Shown: piece after piece, positions 10,451 to 20,549 of the stretch
Layout of the letters: each line of letters opens with the position of its first letter
Numbering within the stretch: position 1 is the first letter of the stretch
Origin: Psammoneis japonica
Lineage: Eukaryota
Assembly (NCBI GenBank): GCA_008632985.1
Contig: QPGO01000175.1
Span: 124,001 to 151,847 of the forward strand
Direction: 5' to 3'
Length of the DNA: 27,847 nt
Position numbers and translations under genes: made by a program
Notes under the pieces: model-generated
Seen by the model: the letters and a program-made list of their open reading frames with translations, nothing else
The model's database searches: none
Told to the model about the DNA's origin: nothing

Positions 10451-10689
10451 AGTGACTCAATCAGACAATCTACCGGTATTCCATGATGGCAGTGGCGACG
10501 ACGCAGGTTCCATCATGGTCGGAAATACTCGGAACAATGCCGCGCGCAGGCAGAGCATCTATTATTTTTTGCATGTCAAAAGCTCGAATATTTTGCGGTG
10601 TGACGTCTTTTTTACGTCTTGCACGCCAAAAATTTTAAACCTGATAAAATCGAGCTCGCACAGCGGTTGTCTCGTAGATGGGCGTCACC

Positions 10690-11082
10690 TCACAACATCA
10701 AATAAATACCGGTACACCGGTACGTAACCGGTAACATGACTCTATCATAAGGTACGGCTGACATCCAACATGGGAGGTCTACTTTGTAAGTGGCTAGTGC
10801 GTCACTGAACACGTTGGCTTCTTTGTAGGTTACTTGGAAAAAGAACATGGTCCCTATTTTGAGCCACCGTGTAGAAGGCGAAGCGAAGAAATTGCCCGGC
10901 AACCTTTTACCGACAATTGTAGTGTCTTCTGGCTTTAGACGTGGGCAGCAAACATTGAATAAACTTTTTAATACATTTTCGCTGGTTGTTTCTAAACGGT
11001 TCATGATCGGGAGCTTGTGCGCGACATCATCTTTCGCAGGTTTCGGCAGCTCTTGAGAAGCAAACACACTAGACACGAACAA
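10690..11082 (-). CDS. Possible hypothetical protein or gene fragment (130 aa)
   Basis: Open frame with protein-like composition; no recognised domain; the true start is unclear. Confidence 0.25.
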   Translation of the reverse strand: MFVSSVFASQELPKPAKDDVAHKLPIMNRLETTSENVLKSLFNVCCPRLKPEDTTIVGKRLPGNFFASPSTRWLKIGTMFFFQVTYKEANVFSDALATYKVDLPCWMSAVPYDRVMLPVTYRCTGIYLML

Positions 11083-12119
11083 AGAGATAACTCAAGTGCT
11101 GATCGATACGAACATGTTCATAAGTGGCAGCATGATCATGCCCTTTGTTGATGCAATTGACGACTGACGACGAAACCACCCTCGTTGCTTGACGTCTTGA
11201 CTCGAGTCGACTCCGTTTGTTCTCGTGGTGGCTGTGGTATCCTTTGGCCGAAAAAAAAGACTACGACAAAGCTTCTACTTGCTGCGGTACTACCCCAGTC
11301 AAACTCCGAATTTATAGGCTACATACCGATGCTTGTGACGAATTGGAGGACATGGCAATCGAAATGGGCTTGAACGAAATACTGTCGTTCCAAACTTAAA
11401 TGAGTGGCAAGTTGGTGGCATCCAACGAACAAAACCAAAGAACTGAGCACTTCAACGCGTGGTCTCCAACCTCCAACACACTTTGTACTGTGTGCACAAT
11501 AACACTGCATCCGGCACCGGCACTTTGACCATGACTGAGGCGAGTGCTTGTGCGCCTCGACGGATACGGTCCCTTACAGTCGGTTCTGTATCCCTTGATA
11601 GTAGAACAAGATGATTTTTTCTCGTTGGAATCAACTGACACGCTTCAGGAGCGCTCATTTGATGGAGTAGCCCTGTACTGCAGCTGTAAATGACGGTTTT
11701 CAACGGATGGGTGGTGTCAAGCTCACGTCCAGAGCCTCTAGCGGACGCCTAGTTTGATCCATATCACTTCCTGCCAATCTGAGTTCAATCATAACAAAAC
11801 AGTATCATGCCGTCCACAACCAGATTTCTCTGACGAGAATTACGCGGCAAACGCCTAGAAAAGGAATGTTGGGTCCCTATCTGGGCGTCACCGAGATGGC
11901 GAACACTGTACAGGAACGGACAGCTCTGCCAATTCATTCCTACCTAACATGAGCACAACAAGCAGCACGCAAATCTCACACTGGACACAAAAGAATGGTT
12001 TGTCGTATAACTGTTATGGCTTTTCTGTGGCATTTGATCCATTTTAAAAGCAAAGCTTCTCTCGATTCTGAGCTCGCTCGAGAGCCATTTTTATTCGCTG
12101 TAGATCTGACTGACTTTCA

Positions 12120-13942
12120 ATGTCATTAAAGGATCTCCACCATGGTTCACCTACAAGTAATTCTGGAGGATGCAACTGCTACGAAACTGAAATATCTTTT
12201 GTGGTGGCACGAGAACTCATGCTTCGCACCGTTGCCATGGTTTTCTTTTTCTCCTTTTATGGGCCGTATAAACAAAACTCTGGAATTATGGGAGCTTATG
12301 GGCTTGTCCCAGCTCATTCATATATGAACGTTTTGCAAAACGCGTCGCCTTCCAAGTGGAACGGCTTCTTGAACCATCCGACTCTGTTTTGGTGGATTGC
12401 TCCCTCAGATCGAAATCAAAAGGCAGTAGCAATTGCTGGTATTGTGCTTTCGATTATGGGGAAAATCGTTGGGGATTACGGATGGTTCACTTTGGCTTCC
12501 TACCGATTTCGATGGGCAATATATTTCTCCATGTGGCTGCTACATTTTTCAATTGTGACCATAGCCGGTGGTACTAGCTTGTATTCTTACGGATGGAAAT
12601 CACAGCTTCTGGAAACTGGAATCTTGTGTATTTTTCTATGTCGATTACCATGGATTGATGATTGTCCTCGGTCCTCGAGAATCCTCAAGTGCCAATACAG
12701 TGCAAACGCTTCCCATTCTGTGGTTGTTTCGATGGTTGAGCTTCCAGATTTTGATTGGAGCTGGGCTCATCAAACTCCGCGGTTCGTCGTGCTGGATCAA
12801 GAAAACGTGTCTGTACTACCACTTTGAAACACAATCGTTACCTTCCCTGCTATGCTTTATATTCCACTTTTTACCCAAGAGTATCCTGTCGAGAGCGGTT
12901 GACTTGGATCTATTTGTGCAAGTCTACACAAGTTGGTTTGTCATGGTGCCGGATTTCAAGATTTTGCGGCATTGCGTTGGTCGTTCTGTACGCCGATTGG
13001 GAGGATTTATCCTAGCAGGCTTCATGGTCAACCTTATGTTGTCGGGGAATTTCAGTCTTCTTAATCATATCACTATTGTTCCTGCATTGGCTTGTCTGGA
13101 TGACGAATGCTTTGGAATCCTGTCGCGTTGGGTGGTACCGACAACACCCTTCGTCAGTGAAAAAGGCGAAACTCGTGGTTAGTTTCTCCGCGATACATTT
13201 TGAGCGTTTTCTTGATTGCCCTGATAGGCTACTTGTCAATTTCGACTGTATCGAACCTGTGGGGGAGCGACGGACGGCAAGTGATGAATGGAAGCTTTGA
13301 TTGATCTCGTTTGTTGAACACGTAAGGTGCCTTTGGTAGTGTTGGAGAGGCTCGATACGAACCGATTACTTCGGTGAGTACGGGCGATCGATCAGAACGG
13401 GTGGAACTAGAGTTCCCTTACAAACCAGGAAGTATCACTCGGAGACCGTGCTTTTGCGCTTTGTATCACCATCGGCTGGATTGGAACATATGGTATGTCA
13501 GTTTTCTAGTTGCCAGTCTTGTTGCCCGGCTCATACTCCAGTAAACTTTGAAATTGATATCGTGTCAAGCAGGTTTATTGGATTTAAGCCGCATCAAGCC
13601 TTCTTGCGTCAGCGTGAAGCATGGCTCTACCAACTACTTGAAAAGCTTCTGGACATACGTGAAAGCGAAAGGCCTTGGTCTTGCTCGACAAGACTTCTGC
13701 TGCGTACTTAGTGGACACATACAACCAAACCAATACACAGCAGCTACCGATAAGAGTTGCCAAGGTTGACATGTACCATTATCAAATGGCGAATTCACTT
13801 TGGAACATTGTCAATTACGAACAAGACAAACAGAGCCACGCAAGCCGTGTGGTGGAAAAGATCTTGGGAAGGTAGAATTGGGTTCAAAAACGAAACGAAT
13901 AGACTAAGATTATCATTGGCATCGTCACACGGAAGCAGCTAG
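12120..13942 (+). pseudogene. Lipase maturation factor (LMF1/LMF2 family) pseudogene
   Basis: Family motifs YGWKSQLLETG, FRWLSFQILIGAGLIKLRG, YYHFETQSLP, SGNFSLLNHITI, QVMNGSFD*SRLLNT*GAFGSV, ELEFPYKPG and YHHRLDWNIW. Frameshifts near 12650-12710, ~13180 and ~13680; in-frame stops TGA 13302-13304 and TAA 13323-13325; intron ~13493-13572 (GTATGT..CAG). Confidence 0.92.
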
Positions 13943-14149
13943 AGTAGGAATCTCGCTCACCGCGAGTGGCTTGGTAATTACAGTCCGCTGTACGGGTACT
14001 CTTTTCAACAATGACGACCACGCGACAGAACGTGACAACGTGCACTATACTACTTAAAAAGGCAAAAGCAGTGAAAAGATAGGTCCTACAAGCGCGTACG
14101 ACCGGATGTTGTGCACGACTCCTGCTGTTCTATACCGTGCCAATATCTA

Positions 14150-14690
14150 ATCATGGCATCTTGACGTCCATTTCATATGCGCGTCGATTCGTTTCGTCGG
14201 CTCGTTTTAACATCGCCTCAGCTAATCTTGAGCACGAGCTTCTTCCAGCACCCGCCTCGTTTCTGCTTGATTTTCAAGGTCCAGCTTGGCTTGCTCTTGC
14301 GCGTCTAGCACTTTATGTTCCAGTTCGTCCATACGCTCTTGTGTCCCACATGCACAGGTGTTTTTGTCAAAGTACTCTTATTCAACCTTCTCAAGGCTTT
14401 CCATTTCGTCAACGATACGATGCTTGCGGCGAGCTCGATTCACCAATGAAATCGAATCAATAGTGTTGAGTTGTTTACGACGCAAGTACTCTTTTTGTGT
14501 CCTGTTTAGTTATTTGGAGCTCTATGCCCTGGTGTTTCGAGACATTGGCTGACATGAGCCGCAAGCCCCATCGCTCCAGGTCACGTGCTGGTTTTGGATC
14601 ATCTTGTCGATCACGATTAAGCAATGACGGATTGGATTGTCGGGAGGTAATGGGGTAGAAGAGCCCTGGTGGCATGTAGAGACGCCACAT
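14150..14690 (-). pseudogene. Disrupted coiled-coil coding relic
   Basis: The minus strand reads RIVDEMESLEKVE*EYFDK...ERMDELEHKVLDAQEQAKLDLENQAETRRVLEEARAQ and, after a shift, LAEAMLKRADETNRRAYEMDVK. E/K/Q/A-rich helical composition interrupted by stops; boundaries approximate. Confidence 0.4.
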
Positions 14691-14992
14691 TCATTATCTT
14701 GAGCGATGGCTTCGACCAAAGGTTGGATATGGATCAACCAACCCAGTGCATCCAACATCGTACGCAAGTACGCCGAACCCCCCACCCCGACACGTTAAAG
14801 TTCCACAGCAGTCGTGTTGTACTCGTGACGCAATGTTACGGTGAACAAAGCAAAAGCGCAGCGTTGAAGAGTACATATGTCAATAAGAAATACGATGCTA
14901 CTAGAGAATGTATTATCAGAACTAAAGCATGCTTGGAACAGCATGAGAGCCTTTCAGCAGGCCTAAACCCTCTCTCACTTGGCAGTATTTGC

Positions 14993-16057
14993 TTACAGCG
15001 CTTCCACCTTGGCCTTGAGGCGTTCAAACTCAAGTTGCTTTGACCGAAGCATGCTATGCGAAGGTTCCTCGAGTAACTTCTTGGCCTCATCCGCACCGAA
15101 GAGCTCCGATGCAACATCCAAAGTTTCCTCAAAGCCGAACGTCTCAAGAATGTCAGCGAGGGGGAATCGCAAGTACAGGGCAAATCGGACATTCCTTCCT
15201 CTGCTTTCACAAATGTTAAATGCATGGATGTCACCACAAACGTCGTGGTTGGCATCAACGCCCTTGTTCCTGAGTTCGTGCACCCAACCGAGGACATCTA
15301 CAGGACTCATGCCTTTGACCTCGGCAGGACTGGAGACTCCGACAACGGCCCGGATTTCCTCCTTTGACATGTCCGCGCACTCCTTCTCCTCGTCAGGCAA
15401 GGTTGCCATGGAAAGCAGCTCCTGCTTGTATTTCTGAGAATCAGAAATATTCTGAGTGGCGACAGTCACCGCCGCACGAGCTTTGACTTCGATTTCTTGC
15501 CAGTTGGATTGCTCCATCAGTGCTTCCGTGTGTTTCGTTTCGAACTCGATCCGCTTGGCTTCCACGCCTGCCTCCCATTCTTGCCACGCGGCGTAGATAC
15601 GCGACACATTCTGCTTGCATGCATTGTTGTAGCCGCGGGCCAACACTTCTGCCTTGCAACACGCGTCGTACCTCTCCGAATTCTTCTTCACGTTATCCTC
15701 GAGAGCCTCACGGTATCCATTCTTCTTGTTGTAGTTTTCCAAGGTGATCTTGCCTTTGCGATGGACACCGATAATGGGGCAAATGATATCACCCTTCGAC
15801 AACACGCTCAACGCTTTCTCGGATACACTGTCCAGATTGTAGATGTCTGGACGGGGTCCTAGAGCTACTGTTCCAGTCACGGGGGTGAGACGAACAGCTT
15901 GGGCTGATGCATTCAAACGACGACGTTTGGTCCCACTCTGACCACGATTGGGCGTACGGAACTCCCTGGTAGTACGCAAGGCATCCGGAGTAAACAAGGT
16001 GTCCGCACTGTTGCTGTAAGAAATAGCTTCTGCCACCGCACTGGTAGAAAACTTCAT
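14993..16057 (-). CDS. Hypothetical protein, 354 aa, with coiled-coil segments and a basic NLS-like motif (TKRRRL)
   Basis: Uninterrupted ORF from ATG 16057 (ACCATG context) to TAA; natural composition; no recognised domain. Confidence 0.7.
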   Translation of the reverse strand: MKFSTSAVAEAISYSNSADTLFTPDALRTTREFRTPNRGQSGTKRRRLNASAQAVRLTPVTGTVALGPRPDIYNLDSVSEKALSVLSKGDIICPIIGVHRKGKITLENYNKKNGYREALEDNVKKNSERYDACCKAEVLARGYNNACKQNVSRIYAAWQEWEAGVEAKRIEFETKHTEALMEQSNWQEIEVKARAAVTVATQNISDSQKYKQELLSMATLPDEEKECADMSKEEIRAVVGVSSPAEVKGMSPVDVLGWVHELRNKGVDANHDVCGDIHAFNICESRGRNVRFALYLRFPLADILETFGFEETLDVASELFGADEAKKLLEEPSHSMLRSKQLEFERLKAKVEAL

Positions 16058-16210
16058 GGTGATGGTTGCTGTAAGAACTTGGTTCGTGTCAAAGGCGAGA
16101 AATCGGTCAATTCTGGGAATTGTGAGCAATGAGACAGCTCGTTTCTTTGTGGAAATCGTTCGCTCAGCTCTCTTTTCCCCGTAGGTTTGATACCATATTC
16201 TACGACTTTT

Positions 16211-16475
16211 GATCGTAACGGAAATCTGCAACGGCGGCTCATATTGAAATGCCGTGGCTTCCACGCGAAGTGAAACGGCAGAAGGTCGATCATCGTGACG
16301 ACAATCTGCAACGACGGCTCATATTGAAATGGCGTGGCTCCCACGCGAAGTGAAACGGCAGATGTCGTAGCCTCCACGCAGACAGAACCGGCAAACGACA
16401 ATGCGTTTTCTTAGCGGCAACGGCAGGTCGTACTGAAATATCGTAGCTTTTACGCTGACAGAAACGGCAGAAGGC
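16211..16475. repeat. 80-bp tandem duplication plus diverged partial copies
   Basis: 16211-16290 and 16291-16370 align with an exact 80-bp period (AATCTGCAACGRCGGCTCATATTGAAATG..CCACGCGAAGTGAAACGGCAGA). Further partial copies at ~16364-16395 and ~16417-16475. Confidence 0.9.
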
Positions 16476-16719
16476 AATGAGACTGCTCAGCGGTGACTGC
16501 AGCCCGCGGTGAATCTCTGACGCTGCCTGCTCAAGCATCCGCGCAACAATGAACGGCAGGTGGCAGTAATGAGTACAATCAGAGGAAACGAAAGCTCATA
16601 GTCCATACGTGCAACTTCCATTTATCCCAGAAATGAAGCGACAAGACGCCATGGTGGTTCCGATAAGCATGTGTGCGCCTTCTCTAACTGGAATAAGAAA
16701 AAGAATGGATCGGAACGAA

Positions 16720-16890
16720 AGTTTCAAATTTGAAAAAAGCTCCATAGCAATAGATTATTCATGAAGGATAATCATTAATCTGTTATATCTATCTGGCTAC
16801 GAGGATATTGCATATTTATCAAAAACATAAATAACTGAATACTCTAAAAAATATAATCTCTACTAAAACATGTGTATCTCATTTTTCGAA
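16720..16890. other. AT-rich intergenic patch
   Basis: Visibly A/T-rich (e.g. aaaaacataaataactgaatactctaaaaaatataatctc) compared with the surrounding sequence. Confidence 0.6.
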
Positions 16891-18664
16891 ATCCCATTCG
16901 TGTTTATCGACAATCTTCACGATGGTTTGCCGGCCTAGTCTTTAGAGAAACGATGTGGCGGATCCGTGAACTAACATGCGCTCGAGAGTTGCTATTTGCA
17001 ACAGAATGTTGCCCATCACAAGACGCGTGGGCGAGCGGTCGAGGTCGAGGACAACTAACAAGTCCCTTTTCTGGTACAGTACTTCACTGAATGCCGTTTT
17101 CAACTAGATGAGAACTGGTGGCCCTCTATTTGCCATCGTCAAGTCGTTTATTGAAAATGGTGTAAAAACCCTTGCAGCTTGCAGTTCTAGCACTAGCTCA
17201 ACTGGTTTTGTCAAGGATGTTTTTGACTAAGCTTTTGTGATGGCGGGTAAAATTCTACCGTACACGGCACCGATAGCGGCGCAGAGCTGAGAGAGCGCTG
17301 CGAATCGATTGCAATGGTTGAGGAAACTTGACGATCGCTGGAAGAAGAGGACGAGAGGAACATGGAATTACTGGCATGGAAGGAGTCGAGTACGTGGAGT
17401 ATCCGACCAAAGAGAAGTGACATTAGAAGAGAAGTCAAGTGCGGCCATACTTGATTCGAATGAAGCCGATGAACAATGGAATTCTCTTCGGCATTCAGCG
17501 AGAAGCCGACAAAAGCACCTTGGCTGTCTCATGCCGAACTATCATCTGGACATTCCAATGAAGCTTCGCTGTTTCAACCAGCTAGGTAAGCCTTTTCTGC
17601 GTCCTGGTATTATTGTTGGATGGCGTGCTGATGCTCTGCGTTCTGAACCTCAATGAGAACAGAATCTCAGGTTTCCGCGCGTCTGTGATTTACGGGCAAA
17701 CAGTAAGCTGCTCCATTTTTACACCTGGAACAAAAAGAGAGGCTCTCCATGCGTGCTTGTGAACTAGAGGGACCGTTTCACAGCTTTCGTAGCTAGGAAA
17801 GCTTTGTATGTGTAGTTAAGAAGCAATTATCACGTCAACGATCTTCACTACTATAATAACCTCAAACTCCCCGCTTGACGTGTAAATAGCATCCTTGTAC
17901 CTAAGTCACAATACTTTCATTTCATGGACATCAACTCAATCGCATGGGAATCTCGACATTTTGGACGTTTCGTCCAATCTGCAAGGCAACGTGCTGACGC
18001 AGGCTTGTAAGTTCAAAGTACTCCGTGTAAGCACCATAATAAGTCGCTTCATGTCGTTTCTTGCTGGGGGGCGGGGGCATTCCAACTCAAATTTGGCAAA
18101 TGAAAAATCCAGGTATGATCATGAGCCGTCTTGCATGCAATGACTAGTAGCTTAATTTTTCGGGACCTCACCATTTTTATTTTTGTCAATAAACAGAATC
18201 GCTGATTCTCAATTTGGACTTGCAGCGGAGACCGAAGATAGAGGACCGCCCCGTTCTTACTAGTTCTTCTTTAACTTGGGGACGACTGCTCGAGCAGCTG
18301 AAGACGATCAGGAACAGGGCCACTTGCAGAATGAAAACAGTATCCAGCATCACACATGATCTCGTCGAATCTGATACGTCGTTGAAAACCAAAGCTAGGT
18401 CAGGCTTCAACGTCACGCCGTATCAATTGTTGCAATCCATTGGGTGTCGTCGACCAGAGCATACTTCCTAGAGAATATGGCGATATCGATGTATCAAAAA
18501 TGGAGCAATAGATATTATTCTGAATATAAAATGTAAATGCCTCGAATGAGCGGTCGTTCTCTCGGCCACTACTCCATCCCACTCCTCCACTCTAGCAGTA
18601 GCTAATAGAAAATATGACTGCATCACTGTGCGAAAAGGAAAAATACAATATCTTGATCATTCTT

Positions 18665-19114
18665 TCAAGTCTTTGTTGTCTGACAAAGGCATCTTAGAAA
18701 GAAGGGAGTCTTTTTCTTATTCTTGTCGGTATTTTCTGTAGCTTCCGGTCCTTCACAGTCCTTTATCTCCCGCGAGCGCATTCGTGACGTTTTGATTTGT
18801 TTTACTTCTTTTCGAGCTTCCACCATGCTCGATCGAGAGTGCTTTTTCTGTACTAGGGTATCGCGTCGTTGCTTGGTTAGCTTTTTAGCTGGTTGTGGTC
18901 CACCCTTCTTTTCTCGCACCTCTTCAAAGTCTTCCACCGAGAATGTTTCCGAACCAATTTTTCTTCCAATTGCCACAGGAAGACCATCTGTTACGGATGG
19001 GTTGTCACCCAATCGAATGCTGTGTTCGTGAATTCGGACCTTGCTGAAACTCACGCTGCTTTCCGGCGTGTCCGAAGTGAATTCTGCACTGGTATTGTTT
19101 GGAGAGCCTTCCAT
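18665..19114 (-). CDS. Small protein (149 aa) of the diatom-type VxF..V.I.E....LGDNPSV..G.P family
   Basis: Motif SVSFSKVRIHEHSIRLGDNPSVTDGLPVAIG followed by FSVEDFE and a basic C-terminus; ATG at 19114; intronless and intact. Confidence 0.8.
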   Translation of the reverse strand: MEGSPNNTSAEFTSDTPESSVSFSKVRIHEHSIRLGDNPSVTDGLPVAIGRKIGSETFSVEDFEEVREKKGGPQPAKKLTKQRRDTLVQKKHSRSSMVEARKEVKQIKTSRMRSREIKDCEGPEATENTDKNKKKTPFFLRCLCQTTKT

Positions 19115-19586
19115 CTTTATCCCGTCCAAGACGTTATTTTCAACTTTTGTCTGTCAATTTGAAAAGGTTGTTATTAGGTCTCCGGCAGCTTGGTGCATAT
19201 ACCGGTAAGTCAAAGCAACGCCGCAATAATGCCGACACCAACAAAAGAAGTTGAACTCCGATGCATGAGCTCGCTTGCGTCACCCAAATTCAGTCGTGGC
19301 AGTTGTCTTGAAAACGCCAACACTAATAAGATTCCACGTTTCAGGAAACCCGGAGTTTCTACGTCGACTTTTCGCGCCAAATCCGTCATAACCGTCAACG
19401 TCACCCACGTTGCAATGACCAGTACATTTTCTACACAGTTGTACGCGTCATGATCTCCCGCGCACCTCCCGCGGCATTGGTCGCACATCTATCATCAGTC
19501 TCAAGTCATCTCACACACAACACACAGCACACCTCAACCGCACACACTTGTTCTAAACTACTCTTCATCTCGTCGTGTGCTCCACC

Positions 19587-20549
19587 ATGTCGGTCAAGTC
19601 TGTTTCGTCGTTTTCGTTTCTCCCTGATGATTACTTTGTCGTGAAAAAGTCCGGGCTAAGTCAATTCCAAGCCATGACGGCGTACCTCGGCGGCTCTTGC
19701 TTTCAGACCATCATGGATAACCCCGTCACAGCATACCGTCAGTTGGTGCAGCAATACGCCAAGGACACGGCGGGAAAAGCAGTCGATCCTAAAATTGCCA
19801 CTGCCGAAGCTCGTGCTGTCTTTCGTGCTCACCCTCTGTCGGCTTCCATGAGTGGCGTCGGACCTCGTTTGGTGGGTGTTGGATTCAAGCGTATTCCTAA
19901 ATTCGGAACTCTTTTGGCGATTTCTTTCTTTCTGGGAGAAGGAGAAGCGCCCGGTGTATGGGCAGCAACAGGTGCATCCATTCTATCAGCGCCCTTTATC
20001 AATCCCATCCGCATGATTGAAAAGCAACAGCGTGCTTACTTTAAGCAGACGGGAACGACCAAGCCCATTTGGGAAATTTTAAAAGAATCCGCTGCGCAGC
20101 GTTTTGCGCCCCTGTTTCGCGGTACCGTGCCACTCATGGGACACTCCTTGGCGAGTGCGCTTTTGGGACTGGTCGGACAGCCGCGTTTGCAAAAACACAT
20201 TCAATCCGAGTTGGGATCCAAAACCAATTGGGGACGATCGGCGACCGGACTCGTCGCGTCTGCCGTTGTGTCGCCCATTTATGTCTTTGTCACCAACCCA
20301 CTCAGTCGTCTAGAAGTCATTATGCAAACCAGTTCCATTCAAGGCAAGAGCATTTCCGTCATGGAAGCCATCAAGGAGGTGGTGAGGGATTCGGCCAAGT
20401 TTGGATTGCGTGGAGTCTTTCGTGGACAGGGGATTGGAATTGCCAAGGCGATCATTTCGCTTACACTCTTTCACGAGGGACGCATGTTTTTGCAAGACTA
20501 CTTCAAGGCGTATAATGTCAACCATGGATATGCTCCGGCGCAAGAGTAA
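19587..20549 (+). CDS. Mitochondrial carrier (SLC25) family protein, 320 aa, intronless
   Basis: Three ~100-aa repeats with Pro-kinked odd helices (NPVTAYRQ, NPIRMIEK, NPLSRLEV) and matrix-helix motifs (PLFRGTVP, GVFRGQGIG); ACCATG start preceded by a CA-rich leader. Confidence 0.85.
   Translation: MSVKSVSSFSFLPDDYFVVKKSGLSQFQAMTAYLGGSCFQTIMDNPVTAYRQLVQQYAKDTAGKAVDPKIATAEARAVFRAHPLSASMSGVGPRLVGVGFKRIPKFGTLLAISFFLGEGEAPGVWAATGASILSAPFINPIRMIEKQQRAYFKQTGTTKPIWEILKESAAQRFAPLFRGTVPLMGHSLASALLGLVGQPRLQKHIQSELGSKTNWGRSATGLVASAVVSPIYVFVTNPLSRLEVIMQTSSIQGKSISVMEAIKEVVRDSAKFGLRGVFRGQGIGIAKAIISLTLFHEGRMFLQDYFKAYNVNHGYAPAQE

Noticed and set aside
10560..10680. Plus-strand fragment weakly resembling part of the 10690..11082 minus-strand ORF (possible inverted paralogue)
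   Set aside because: The similarity is short, needs a frameshift and cannot be distinguished from chance by eye.
16054..16538. ORFs 16054..16401 and 16290..16538 and the upstream extension of the 423-aa ORF, which contain repeated peptides
   Set aside because: The peptide repeats merely reflect the 80-bp DNA repeat, whose period is not a multiple of 3. The credible start is ATG 16057.
16900..18600. Short coding-like fragments
   Set aside because: Interrupted by stops with no recognisable family; may be degraded genes but cannot be supported.
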